64,000 nucleotides of DNA from Candidatus Zixiibacteriota bacterium (lineage in GTDB: Bacteria > RBG-13-66-14 > B26-G2 > WVWN01): contig JASFLY010000007.1 of assembly GCA_050117845.1 (NCBI GenBank), forward strand, positions 1-64,000, written 5' to 3'. Positions within the stretch are counted from its first letter, which is position 1; each line of letters begins with the position of its first letter. The notes beneath the pieces were generated by a model that had not been told where the DNA came from, searched no databases, and saw only the letters and a list, made by a program, of their open reading frames with translations. This document shows, in pieces, positions 43,981 to 53,084 of the stretch. Position numbers and translations under genes: made by a program.

Positions 43981-45453
43981 ATGAAATTAAGAAATGCTAT
44001 CCCGGCGTTCGTACTATCGTTTATGATAATCGCTTCGGCCCACGCCGACACGTGGGTATACGACGACATAACCGCGGATACGACCTGGACACCGGCCGGT
44101 AGTCCTTACAATATCTCGGGGACTATAATGATAGTCAACGGCGCAATACTAACGATACAGCCGAACGTCGATGTCGTATTCTATAATCATGCAATCGAGT
44201 ATTCGGCGTTGGTCATCGAGAATAGTGGTACTCGGGGCGCTATCGTAGCCCACGGTACGGCCGGAAACGAGATAGCATTCTGGTCGACGGACCCCGGAAT
44301 CCACGGAAGCATTGCGTCCCGTATAGTCCACCCCTGGGCCACAGATCCACCGAAATACGACTTCCGCTTCGAGTATTGCGTCTTTAGTAACATAAAATCG
44401 ATAGGTTTTACGTGGAACGGAAACGGTAACGGCGGCATAAGGGCGGTGAACTGCCGTTTCGCGTCAACTAGGGTAAAGGGACCTAATTACCAAATCGTCC
44501 CCCCTATATACGATTCGCGGATTATAAGCTGCGACTTCCTCGGGGAACCCGTCGTTTATCCCTACTTGCATGCGTTAACTATGACGCGGGGTTACGTCGA
44601 GGAATGCACGTTCGACGAAATGGAATCTGGGTGCTCGGCGCAATGCACCGAAATAACGGCTTCGACCTTTACGTATTGCGAAACTGCACTCGCCATCGGT
44701 AAAAATGTAGCTACAAGTCTAAACACCTTCGAAGATAACGACGTCGGTGTTTACGTCGCGTATTCATCGAGTATAGGCGACGGCCCGTGGTCATCGGACG
44801 AGGATACGTTTTACAATAACGTACGAGGTATATATATCGACGGTTACGACGCCCCGGCAAACGCCGACTATTCCACGATTACGGGCGCCACTATCACCTA
44901 CAACGACTGGGGCATAGACGTTTGGGGCACCGGCCCCCTACTCAAAATACGCGACTCCGGAATAGGGTATAATCGAATCGACGGGATACGCCTATTTTGC
45001 GACCATAACGCCGTCGACCTGGGAACGGCCCTAGACCCGGGTGGGAACACGATCGTTTACAACGGCGATAACGACCCCGAACATTACGAATATAAAGACA
45101 TTTACGCGCACGGTAGTATGTTTGCGGGAACCGGCCTTATCCCGGCCGTAGGCAATACATGGGAACATATATCAGAAGCCGTGATAGAACTATGCGATAT
45201 AACCGACTATAACGACGACCCCAGTAATTATACGCTGGACGTACGGGTTACCGCAGGCGACACCGACTTCGCGACACCTCCGCTCGTTATAACGCCGATA
45301 CCCAAAAAGGATACCGGCGTTCCAACTCCCTCGGACGAGGGCGCGCCTACAGCCCCCGGCGGAGCGGCCTCCGCTACTAACGGATCAGTATCCACTAACG
45401 ACGTCGGCGTCGAACCAACTTCCTTAGGTAATATCAAAGCGATTTACCAATAA
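43981..45453 (+). CDS. Secreted right-handed beta-helix protein with C-terminal motif VEPTSLGNIKAIYQ
   Basis: GGAGG SD, signal peptide AHA|D, TTWTPAGSPY..GAILTIQPNV N-terminus, N..GI repeats, DLGTALDPGGN. Confidence 0.75.
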   Translation: MKLRNAIPAFVLSFMIIASAHADTWVYDDITADTTWTPAGSPYNISGTIMIVNGAILTIQPNVDVVFYNHAIEYSALVIENSGTRGAIVAHGTAGNEIAFWSTDPGIHGSIASRIVHPWATDPPKYDFRFEYCVFSNIKSIGFTWNGNGNGGIRAVNCRFASTRVKGPNYQIVPPIYDSRIISCDFLGEPVVYPYLHALTMTRGYVEECTFDEMESGCSAQCTEITASTFTYCETALAIGKNVATSLNTFEDNDVGVYVAYSSSIGDGPWSSDEDTFYNNVRGIYIDGYDAPANADYSTITGATITYNDWGIDVWGTGPLLKIRDSGIGYNRIDGIRLFCDHNAVDLGTALDPGGNTIVYNGDNDPEHYEYKDIYAHGSMFAGTGLIPAVGNTWEHISEAVIELCDITDYNDDPSNYTLDVRVTAGDTDFATPPLVITPIPKKDTGVPTPSDEGAPTAPGGAASATNGSVSTNDVGVEPTSLGNIKAIYQ

Positions 45454-45474
45454 CCTTCGCCGAAACCGCCCTCG

Positions 45475-45521
45475 AAAAAAATAGCCGGGCGTATCGTACG
45501 CCCGGCTACTCTAATTTTTTT
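45475..45521. terminator. Bidirectional intrinsic terminator between convergent genes
   Basis: TAGCCGGGCGTA-tcg-TACGCCCGGCTA flanked by A- and T-runs. Confidence 0.75.
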
Positions 45522-45532
45522 GGGGGGGGTGG

Positions 45533-45715
45533 TTAAGCCTTCACGAGGCCGACGATCCAGAGCGTGTAGAAGACGCCGATGAGTACGCCCCAGAACAGCG
45601 CCTTCTTCCCGACGAACTTGTTCTCCTTATTTATCGCCCGGAAGATGAAGCCGATAGTGGCGCCGACCCATCCCAGAAACCCTATCTCGACTACCGCGGC
45701 CCACATGTTGGACAT
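45533..45715 (-). CDS. Small two-TM membrane protein (60 aa)
   Basis: AGGAG SD, two hydrophobic segments separated by a Lys-rich loop. Confidence 0.7.
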   Translation of the reverse strand: MSNMWAAVVEIGFLGWVGATIGFIFRAINKENKFVGKKALFWGVLIGVFYTLWIVGLVKA

Positions 45716-45738
45716 AACGCTACTCCTGTTAATCCGCT

Positions 45739-45772
45739 AAAACCCCCGCCCGGCCTTTGCGCCGGGCGGGGG
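45739..45772 (-). terminator. Hairpin or intrinsic terminator after the 45823..47292 gene
   Basis: 12-bp GC stem CCCCCGCCCGGC/GCCGGGCGGGGG with a short U-run. Confidence 0.6.
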
Positions 45773-45822
45773 CGTAGTATGCTCGTTCAAGCTTACGTTC
45801 GTTCCCGGCTTTATTTGAACTA

Positions 45823-47292
45823 CTACTTGCCCGGGTGCGGCGCGAAGAGGCCCAAGAGGACGTCCTCGGTCGCGTCTATCTTATCAAACGTACCGATATC
45901 CCGCATTATCTCGAGCGTGTAGCACCAGTCCTTGCCGTATTCGTTATCCTTTAAACGTTCCCAACCGCTTTTCTTTTCCGGATCGCGCTCGCCTTCCCAC
46001 GGTCCGTAACCCACCCGGTTCGGTTGTTGCCACTGGCAACGGCCGACTATGTCCGAGGCCGAACCCAGCGGCACGCGGTGCAGGTATCCGGCGATACGAG
46101 CGCCGCCCTCTTCGGGCCATGGCGCCGTCAGAGAGAAAGCGACCGTAGTCGTTTCAGCGTTCCACAGGTAATAAGCCCCCGGCGCGTTGTCATCCGGATC
46201 ATTCGGCGCTTGGTAACTGGGGTAAGATGCATGGCCGCCGTTAGCGCGAATACCCGATAGACCGCTGTCGAACGTAAGGAACGGATCGAGGGATTGAGGA
46301 TTGCTAGTCGACGGCGTTTCCGGATACGGGAAGCCACCCTGATCGATATAACAGTCGAAGAGGTAGGCGCTTTCGCTGTCGTCCCATCCCCCGGCGGCCG
46401 TATAGTTCGTCCGGGACGCGCTGAAGAACCACATGTCGCAGTACGGCCCGGGGTAACCGGCTTGATTATAAGGCGCCGTGCTGGTATTAACATAGGGCGT
46501 CTTATAAACGGCGTTTTCGTCGCCCGGGATGGCGTTTATGCCGCGGGTCTGGAAACCTGGTACCGTTTCCACGAATTCCCAATCGTACGTGGTAGCCGGG
46601 TCCGGAATCACGTTCGGGTCGGTAGTACTGCGCAGGAACCAGGTCGACCAGACGAGCGCGAGCCAGTCCTCGTGCGATTCCCACTGACGACCATTGTTAA
46701 ACCCTTCGCTCGGCGGGGTCATATTGGGTTCCTGGTACCAGTAGTAGTGCATGGTGCCGCCGACCGGTCCCGCATCCGTGCCCTCGATGGGTTGGATGGT
46801 GTGGGTCGGGTCTTCCCACCGGAAGAAGAACCATATGCGCGGCGGGTTAACGTAAGTATAAAGCGCTTTAACTTCCACGCTTCTCACCTGGCTACCGGCG
46901 CCTATAACCGGCGATACGTTGATGGTCGTCCAGGGAGTCGTTTCCCAAAGCCAATAGTCGCCGCCTTTTGCTACTTCGGTGCTAAGCCTTTCGGCGACGC
47001 CGTCTATTAGCGGGTAGGTATCGTATACGTACGTAACCGGAACACGGTTAGGACCGGTGCCGTCGCCGTTCCAGTCTAGCGTACATACGGCGGCGCCGTC
47101 ATGGTCCCAACTGTCGAATTCGTTGCCGTTACCGTCGCATACCAGCAGCGAGAACGTCTGGTCGAGGTAACTGACCTCCGGCCGCGTAATCCCGGCGACG
47201 TCTTCGTCACAACCGGCGAGGAATATCGCGCCGACGCCGAGACCGACCGCTAAGGCCGCTAGTAAAATATATCCCTTCTTCAGCCTCATCAC
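45823..47292 (-). CDS. Lipoprotein with an ethylbenzene-dehydrogenase-gamma-like (DOMON-type, putative heme b) domain
   Basis: Lipobox LAGC; VEVKALY...IWFFFRWEDPT, EDWLALVW, DMWFF...RT, W.YTLEIMR resemble EB_dh motifs. Confidence 0.5.
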   Translation of the reverse strand: MMRLKKGYILLAALAVGLGVGAIFLAGCDEDVAGITRPEVSYLDQTFSLLVCDGNGNEFDSWDHDGAAVCTLDWNGDGTGPNRVPVTYVYDTYPLIDGVAERLSTEVAKGGDYWLWETTPWTTINVSPVIGAGSQVRSVEVKALYTYVNPPRIWFFFRWEDPTHTIQPIEGTDAGPVGGTMHYYWYQEPNMTPPSEGFNNGRQWESHEDWLALVWSTWFLRSTTDPNVIPDPATTYDWEFVETVPGFQTRGINAIPGDENAVYKTPYVNTSTAPYNQAGYPGPYCDMWFFSASRTNYTAAGGWDDSESAYLFDCYIDQGGFPYPETPSTSNPQSLDPFLTFDSGLSGIRANGGHASYPSYQAPNDPDDNAPGAYYLWNAETTTVAFSLTAPWPEEGGARIAGYLHRVPLGSASDIVGRCQWQQPNRVGYGPWEGERDPEKKSGWERLKDNEYGKDWCYTLEIMRDIGTFDKIDATEDVLLGLFAPHPGK

Positions 47293-47390
47293 TTATCACC
47301 CTCCTGGTGAAAATGAAGGCGTTGAGCGTTGTCTCTTCTATCAAACCGGCCTAATCGTTACCTGCCGGCAAAACCCTTGCCTTTTTTTTG

Positions 47391-47420
47391 ACTCTAGCAC
47401 AGCCCCCCGGCTAGTGTCAA
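47391..47420 (-). promoter_or_regulatory. Sigma70-type promoter
   Basis: TTGACA-18 bp-TAGAGT with an extended TG. Confidence 0.55.
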
Positions 47421-47451
47421 GTTATTTTTTAATACCCGCGCACCCTTTTTA

Positions 47452-48432
47452 TTACTCCAATTCGTAGCATTTCAGTTGCTCTTTCCCGTCGGCGACAAGC
47501 AGCAGGCGGCCGGATATGACGGGCGCGCACGCCGCGTATTCCTCCAGCCGAAACAACTCCGTAATCTCCCCTTGCCCCTCCGATCCACCCGCATAAACGA
47601 TCAATACCCGGCCGTCCTCCCGGACGACGATCGCGCCCCCCGTCGAAGCCGCCGCCCCCACGACGTTGCCGTCGAACTCGACCTCCGCGAGGAGCTCGCC
47701 CTCGACGTCGAACATGAACAGCGTCCTACGCCCGGCGACGATCAGGCCCTGCCCGGCAAGTTCCGGCGCAGCGCCGAGTTTGTCCCCCGTTTCGCGGCGC
47801 CACAACTCCTCCCCCGTCACGGCGTCGTAACAGGCCACGGCGCCCGAGGCCTCGGCGACGTATATACGGTTGCCCGCGACCGCCGGGTATATCGCGGCGC
47901 GAGCCGCGTCGGTCTCCCAACTCGGTTCGGCCCGGCCCGGCCCGCATCGGCCCATTCGTCCTGCCGCCGTCCACGCCACGAAATCGCCGTCGCCCGTCGC
48001 GGCCGCTCCCGTCACTACGCCGTCGAACGGCGTCCGGCCCAGCTCCTCGCCCGTGGCGGCGTCGAAGAAGACGAGTTCGTGTTTCAACCCGGCCACTACC
48101 ACGCCTCCCCCGGCCGCGGGGATTATTATGCCCGGCCCGGCCTGCGCCCGCCATACCGTCTCCCCATCTTCGGGCCGCAACGCATATATCCGTCCTTCGG
48201 GATGGGGAACGTACTGATACAAAAATCCCCCGGCGAGTATCGGCGTCGTCGTGAGCGGCGCCTTGAAGCGACGGGACCAAAACCTCGCGCCGTCGCGGGA
48301 ATCCAGAGCGTAGAGCTTCTTGTCCGCCGACGCGTAATAGACGACGTCCCCCGCCACGAGGGGCGCAACGTCGGCCGGTGCGTCGGCCTTGAACGACCAG
48401 AGTAAAGTAGCCGCGATTATCAGAGCTTCCAC
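47452..48432 (-). CDS. PQQ-binding-like beta-propeller repeat protein
   Basis: Repeats LYALD..DG...W and ACYDA.TGEELW. Confidence 0.8.
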   Translation of the reverse strand: MEALIIAATLLWSFKADAPADVAPLVAGDVVYYASADKKLYALDSRDGARFWSRRFKAPLTTTPILAGGFLYQYVPHPEGRIYALRPEDGETVWRAQAGPGIIIPAAGGGVVVAGLKHELVFFDAATGEELGRTPFDGVVTGAAATGDGDFVAWTAAGRMGRCGPGRAEPSWETDAARAAIYPAVAGNRIYVAEASGAVACYDAVTGEELWRRETGDKLGAAPELAGQGLIVAGRRTLFMFDVEGELLAEVEFDGNVVGAAASTGGAIVVREDGRVLIVYAGGSEGQGEITELFRLEEYAACAPVISGRLLLVADGKEQLKCYELE

Positions 48433-48578
48433 GGAATTATTATACCCCGGATGAAGGGGCGCCGCAATCTTCTTCCGGCGGTGTCGGGTCGGCCGGGAAG
48501 CCGGACGCCGTTTTTAGTTGCATATTAAATTATGTTATGCTAAATAAAAAGGGAGTATATAATGTCGAAGCCGCTTTT

Positions 48579-49085
48579 ATGCTTGACGATTCTAAAATTA
48601 AAAACGTCGAAATATTTAAGTACATTTCTCCCGAAGAAGGCCGACGCGTTTTGGGGGATGCGGAAGTAGTATCCCTCCGCGAAAACGAAACGCTTTTCGA
48701 CGCCGGTAGCGTCGGGAACGAAATGTACATAATCGAAACCGGGAAAATTAAGGTTTTCCGGATATCCGATAACGAAGAGATTACGTTCGCGGAATTCGGC
48801 CCGGGGGACGCGTTCGGCGAGATGTCGCTTATCGACGAATATCCGCGGTCGGCCTCGGCGGTGGCGTTGGAGGATTGCGCTTTGCTATCGCTTTCGCGGT
48901 CGGCCTTTACGAAGATCCTGGAAGAATCCCCGGGAATAGGCACCAAACTCCTCATGGCCATAGCCGAAGTATTTTCCAAGCGGATGCGTAAAACGGATAA
49001 GCTGCTCGAAGCCTATCATCTGGTCAACCGGGCCCTGATATCCAACGAGGAATTCCGCCAACTATACAAGGCCATCCACTCCTAA
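48579..49085 (+). CDS. Stand-alone cyclic nucleotide-binding domain protein
   Basis: MYIIETGKIKV, FGEMSLID..PRSASA; no helix-turn-helix follows. Confidence 0.85.
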   Translation: MLDDSKIKNVEIFKYISPEEGRRVLGDAEVVSLRENETLFDAGSVGNEMYIIETGKIKVFRISDNEEITFAEFGPGDAFGEMSLIDEYPRSASAVALEDCALLSLSRSAFTKILEESPGIGTKLLMAIAEVFSKRMRKTDKLLEAYHLVNRALISNEEFRQLYKAIHS

Positions 49086-49100
49086 AACCCAGACCCTGCT

Positions 49101-49391
49101 ATGACGAAAAAAGAGATCGCCGCCAAGGTAGCTCTTCGCACCGGTATAACCCATAAACGGGCGGTCGCCGTAATCGACCAGCTGCTCGCCGAGATTAAAG
49201 CCTCTCTGGCCGCCGGCGAAAAGACGGAGATCCGCGGCTTCGGCGTATTCAAGGTTCGCCGCACCAAACGGAAAGTCGCCCGGGATCTCAGCACCAACAC
49301 CGAAATAGTAATCGCCCCCACGCGGCGGGTGAAATTCATACCCGGCAAGCAGATGAAGGAAAAGCTCAACCGCGCCCTGACGGCCGAATAA
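49101..49391 (+). CDS. HU/IHF family DNA-binding protein
   Basis: MTKKEI, EIRGFGVF, VKFIPGK. Confidence 0.9.
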   Translation: MTKKEIAAKVALRTGITHKRAVAVIDQLLAEIKASLAAGEKTEIRGFGVFKVRRTKRKVARDLSTNTEIVIAPTRRVKFIPGKQMKEKLNRALTAE

Positions 49392-49410
49392 CGCCGTTAG
49401 AAAAAAGAAT

Positions 49411-49442
49411 AAAAAAGCCGCGCCCGGGAGGGTGCGGCCTTT
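49411..49442. terminator. Bidirectional terminator between the HU gene and pckA
   Basis: GCCGCGCCC/GGGTGCGGC stem flanked by A- and T-runs. Confidence 0.65.
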
Positions 49443-49464
49443 CCGTTGCGTTGGTTGGACGGCC

Positions 49465-51048
49465 TTAAACCTTGGGGCCGGCCGCCTTTACGTCGTCGCT
49501 CGCCATATCCTCGAACTGCTTGAAGTTCTCCGCGAAACGTCGGGCGAGGTCGAGAGCCTTGGCGTCGTAGGCGGCTTTATCCGCCCACGTGTTCTTGGGC
49601 CATAGGACCTCCGTCGGCACGCCGGGGCACGCCTTCGGGACCAGGACGCCGAAGACGGGATCGGGTTCGAACTCCTGTTTCTCGAGCACGCCCTCGAGCG
49701 CCGCGGACAAGAGGCCCCGCGTCACGCCGATGGCCATGCGTTCGCCGACGCCGTGAGGGCCGCCGCTCCATCCGGTATTGATCAACCAGCAATTCACCTT
49801 ATGCTTGGCCAACCGCTCCCCCATCAATTTCGCGTACACCGTCGGGTGCCGGGGAAGGAAGGGCGCGCCGAAGCCCGCGCTGAACGTGGCCTGGGGCTCC
49901 GTTATGCCCGACTCGGTTCCCGCCAGCTTCGCGGTATAACCGGATAAATAATGGTACATGGCCATTTCCGGCGTCAACTTGGATATGGGGGGAAGCACGC
50001 CGAAGGCGTCGGCCGCCAGGAAGAAGACGTTCTTCGGATGGCCGGTGACGCCGTCCGTTATACAGTTGGGAATATATTCCACCGGATACGTGGCCCGCGT
50101 ATTCTCGGTGATGCTACCGTCGTTGTAGTCTATCTCCCGGGTATGGGGGTCGACTATGACGTTCTCGAGGAGTGAACCGAAGCGGATAGCATTGTAAATT
50201 TGCGGCTCATCCTGGGCCGAAAGGCGGATGACCTTCGCGTAACAGCCGCCCTCGAAATTGAAACAGCCGTCGTCGCTCCAGCCGGTCTCGTCGTCCCCGA
50301 TGAGGCAGCGTTTGGGGTCGGCCGATAACGTCGTTTTTCCGGTACCCGAAAGGCCGAAGAACAAGGCCGCGTCGCCGTCCGCGCCGACGTTGCACGAGCA
50401 ATGCATCGGGCAAACGTTTTCGGCGGGCATGAAGTAGTTCATTATCGTGAAGATGCTCTTTTTAATCTCGCCGCCGTAATGCGAGCCGGTTACGAGTATG
50501 ATGTTTTTCTTGAGGTCGACCGCCACCACGACGTACGAACGGACGTTATCGACTTCCGGTAAGGCATGGAAACCGGAAGCCATCACCACCGTGAAATCCG
50601 CTTTATGTTTCGCCAGTTGTTCGGCCGTAGGCCGGCGGAACAGCGTCCGGGCGAAAAGCGAGTGCCAGGCTTTCTCGGCAACGATGCGGACACCCTTCGC
50701 GTATTTCGGATCTGCCCCGACGAAACCGTCGAAGACGAAAAGGTCCCGGCGCGCCAGGTAATCCGTCACCTTGGCGTATAACGCGTCGAAGGTCTCGGGC
50801 GCCATCTCGACGTTCACCTTGCCCCACCAAATGTCCTTCTCGGTGGCGGCTTCCCGCACGACGAATTTATCGTTCGGGGACCGGCCCGTCCGGTCGGGCG
50901 TGGTACGAACCACTAACGCGCCGTTAGCCGCGAGTTCCCCCTCGTGCCGCCGGACCGCCATCTCCACCAGCACCGGCGAAGACAGATTACGGTACACCTG
51001 CCGCTGGGGCGTAATGCCGAGGTTTTCCAACCCGTATTCATCGACCAT
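49465..51048 (-). CDS. pckA: Phosphoenolpyruvate carboxykinase (ATP)
   Basis: TGRSP.DK, Y.GE.KK, FGLSGTGKTTLS, LIGDDE, NFEGGCYAK, TENTR. Confidence 0.97.
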   Translation of the reverse strand: MVDEYGLENLGITPQRQVYRNLSSPVLVEMAVRRHEGELAANGALVVRTTPDRTGRSPNDKFVVREAATEKDIWWGKVNVEMAPETFDALYAKVTDYLARRDLFVFDGFVGADPKYAKGVRIVAEKAWHSLFARTLFRRPTAEQLAKHKADFTVVMASGFHALPEVDNVRSYVVVAVDLKKNIILVTGSHYGGEIKKSIFTIMNYFMPAENVCPMHCSCNVGADGDAALFFGLSGTGKTTLSADPKRCLIGDDETGWSDDGCFNFEGGCYAKVIRLSAQDEPQIYNAIRFGSLLENVIVDPHTREIDYNDGSITENTRATYPVEYIPNCITDGVTGHPKNVFFLAADAFGVLPPISKLTPEMAMYHYLSGYTAKLAGTESGITEPQATFSAGFGAPFLPRHPTVYAKLMGERLAKHKVNCWLINTGWSGGPHGVGERMAIGVTRGLLSAALEGVLEKQEFEPDPVFGVLVPKACPGVPTEVLWPKNTWADKAAYDAKALDLARRFAENFKQFEDMASDDVKAAGPKV

Positions 51049-51128
51049 ACGGACTCCTCCGGTGAATTATGCTTTAAGGGGAATACTGAGAGAACATCTT
51101 AGAATAAACCCGCCGACTCCGCAAGCCA

Positions 51129-53084
51129 TTATTCCGGCCCCGCGAGTTCGTAGATGTCGTTCAGCGGATCCTTATATACGGGAGTGCAGTACCGCATTAT
51201 AAACTCGTAAAAAACGCTCTTGGTCCGGGGCTCGTAGTTGGGCCACGCCTTCTCTTCGAACATGTGGAAGACGTGGACGTGCGTGACGCCCATATCCCGG
51301 GCGAGCTCGTACAAACGGGCGGCGTCCGCGCCGCCCTCCGCCGCGAGAAGAAACGCCGACGCCTCGAAGAACGAATCGTACACGGCGTCCCGTTCCAGAT
51401 ACAGCGTATGGTTGGTGAATACCATCAGGACCTTGGAATCGGCCGGCGTGTTTTCGTTCAGGAACTTCTGGGCCATGTAAAAGCCGCACCGGCCGGACAG
51501 GAAGTTCTCCCGGTCTTCCCCGGCCAGGTATTCGAAGCCCTCGAGGGTCTGTATAATGCCGCCGATGTTGAACGACACGGCGCAGAAAATGACGACGGCC
51601 GTGACGGCGGCCCGCCACCCTCGCCGGAATTTCTCTCCCACCCTCCCCTCCGCCGCCGCGAGCGTCCCCGCCGCTACTATGCCGAGCGCCCCCAGGCCGC
51701 CGCCCAGGAAACGTAATTGCTGGGGGCCGAACGCCCACACCAGCACGAACGTCCACGTGTATGCGACCAGCCGGCCGGCCCGCCGGAACGCGAGAGCCGC
51801 CAGCGCCGCCAACGGGAGGAGGAACGGGAAATAGAGGCCGGCGAAGCTGTCGTAGTCGAAATCCGCCTGGACCGAGATGCGGTAAGGCAACAAGAGGTAG
51901 TCGTACCACTCCCGGCCGGCCCCCATGCCGTGCTGCCAGAGAATAAGGCGCTCGGCCTGCTCCGCCGTGAAATCGCGCCCGCCCAAAACGTCGTAGAAGA
52001 GGGGGAACAGCGGATTGCCCCGCTCGACGTACGCCTTCACGAGCCAGGGCACGACGAACGCGAACGCCACGGCGAGCGTCAGCGCGAGGTCGCGAACGCG
52101 AAGGCGGCGCCGCGCCAGGTCATATATGAAAACCGGGATGAAGGCGGCCAGAACGTACGCGGACGTATATTTGACGGCGAGTGCGGCTCCGAGGAAAACA
52201 CCCAACGCGAGCGGCCGGGCCCGGGCGGATTGGCCCTTCTCCCCGGGCCGGAAGTACAAATACAATCCGGCGGAGGCGTAGAGTAACACGAAGTGGTCGA
52301 CGTGAGCGCCGGGTATGACGACGAAGAAAACGGGCGTGAAAAAGACGAGGGCGGCGGCCGCGGCGGCGTAAAACTGCGGCAGCCATAATCGGCCCACGCG
52401 ATAGACGAGGGACACGGCCAACAGCGAAACGACCGCGTAGGACGCGTTGGCGCACGACAGGCCGTCCCACAGAATGCCCCACATGTAATACATCGTCGCG
52501 CCCAGCGGCATCGACGAATAGGTGTTGTACGGCAGATAAACGAAGGCGTGGCCGACCGCGTATTTATAGGGAACCGCCAGGTGATAGGTAAGGGCGTCCC
52601 AGTAAAGCGGCGGCTGGGCCGCGGCGAGGACTAGAGGGAAGACCAGGACGCCGCCGAAGAATACCCAGACGGCCGGCCCCGGTTCGATTTCGGCGAACCA
52701 GCGCCGGAAGCGGGTCGCGAACTCGGGCGGCCGCCGGACCCATGAGATAATACCGGCGACGAGGACGCCTACCACTATAACCTTGACGACGACGCCGTAC
52801 GCCGCGTGCGCCGCCGCCAGGCCGAAGGAAAGCAGGCTGAATACGACGATGCCGGCGGCCGCGGCCAACTCCGGCGGGAGGGCCGCGCGATAACCGACGA
52901 GCCGCAACGTCCCCCTGCCGGCGAAATACGTGGCCAGCCACATCGCCGCGAACAGCACGAGGTGCCACAACTTAATCCCGAGCGGCACGACCATATTCCG
53001 ATAGATATGGGGCGCCGCGGCGTTGAGAGCTACCGACGCCGTGACTACCGCGATGACGATAACGGCCCATAGGTATTTCCTCAT
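51129..53084 (-). CDS. GT-C-like (PMT/ArnT-type) multi-pass membrane glycosyltransferase, paralog 4
   Basis: WDALTYHLAVP loop, K-Y after TM, GNP.FP, Q.RF, C-terminal periplasmic domain. Confidence 0.7.
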   Translation of the reverse strand: MRKYLWAVIVIAVVTASVALNAAAPHIYRNMVVPLGIKLWHLVLFAAMWLATYFAGRGTLRLVGYRAALPPELAAAAGIVVFSLLSFGLAAAHAAYGVVVKVIVVGVLVAGIISWVRRPPEFATRFRRWFAEIEPGPAVWVFFGGVLVFPLVLAAAQPPLYWDALTYHLAVPYKYAVGHAFVYLPYNTYSSMPLGATMYYMWGILWDGLSCANASYAVVSLLAVSLVYRVGRLWLPQFYAAAAAALVFFTPVFFVVIPGAHVDHFVLLYASAGLYLYFRPGEKGQSARARPLALGVFLGAALAVKYTSAYVLAAFIPVFIYDLARRRLRVRDLALTLAVAFAFVVPWLVKAYVERGNPLFPLFYDVLGGRDFTAEQAERLILWQHGMGAGREWYDYLLLPYRISVQADFDYDSFAGLYFPFLLPLAALAALAFRRAGRLVAYTWTFVLVWAFGPQQLRFLGGGLGALGIVAAGTLAAAEGRVGEKFRRGWRAAVTAVVIFCAVSFNIGGIIQTLEGFEYLAGEDRENFLSGRCGFYMAQKFLNENTPADSKVLMVFTNHTLYLERDAVYDSFFEASAFLLAAEGGADAARLYELARDMGVTHVHVFHMFEEKAWPNYEPRTKSVFYEFIMRYCTPVYKDPLNDIYELAGPE

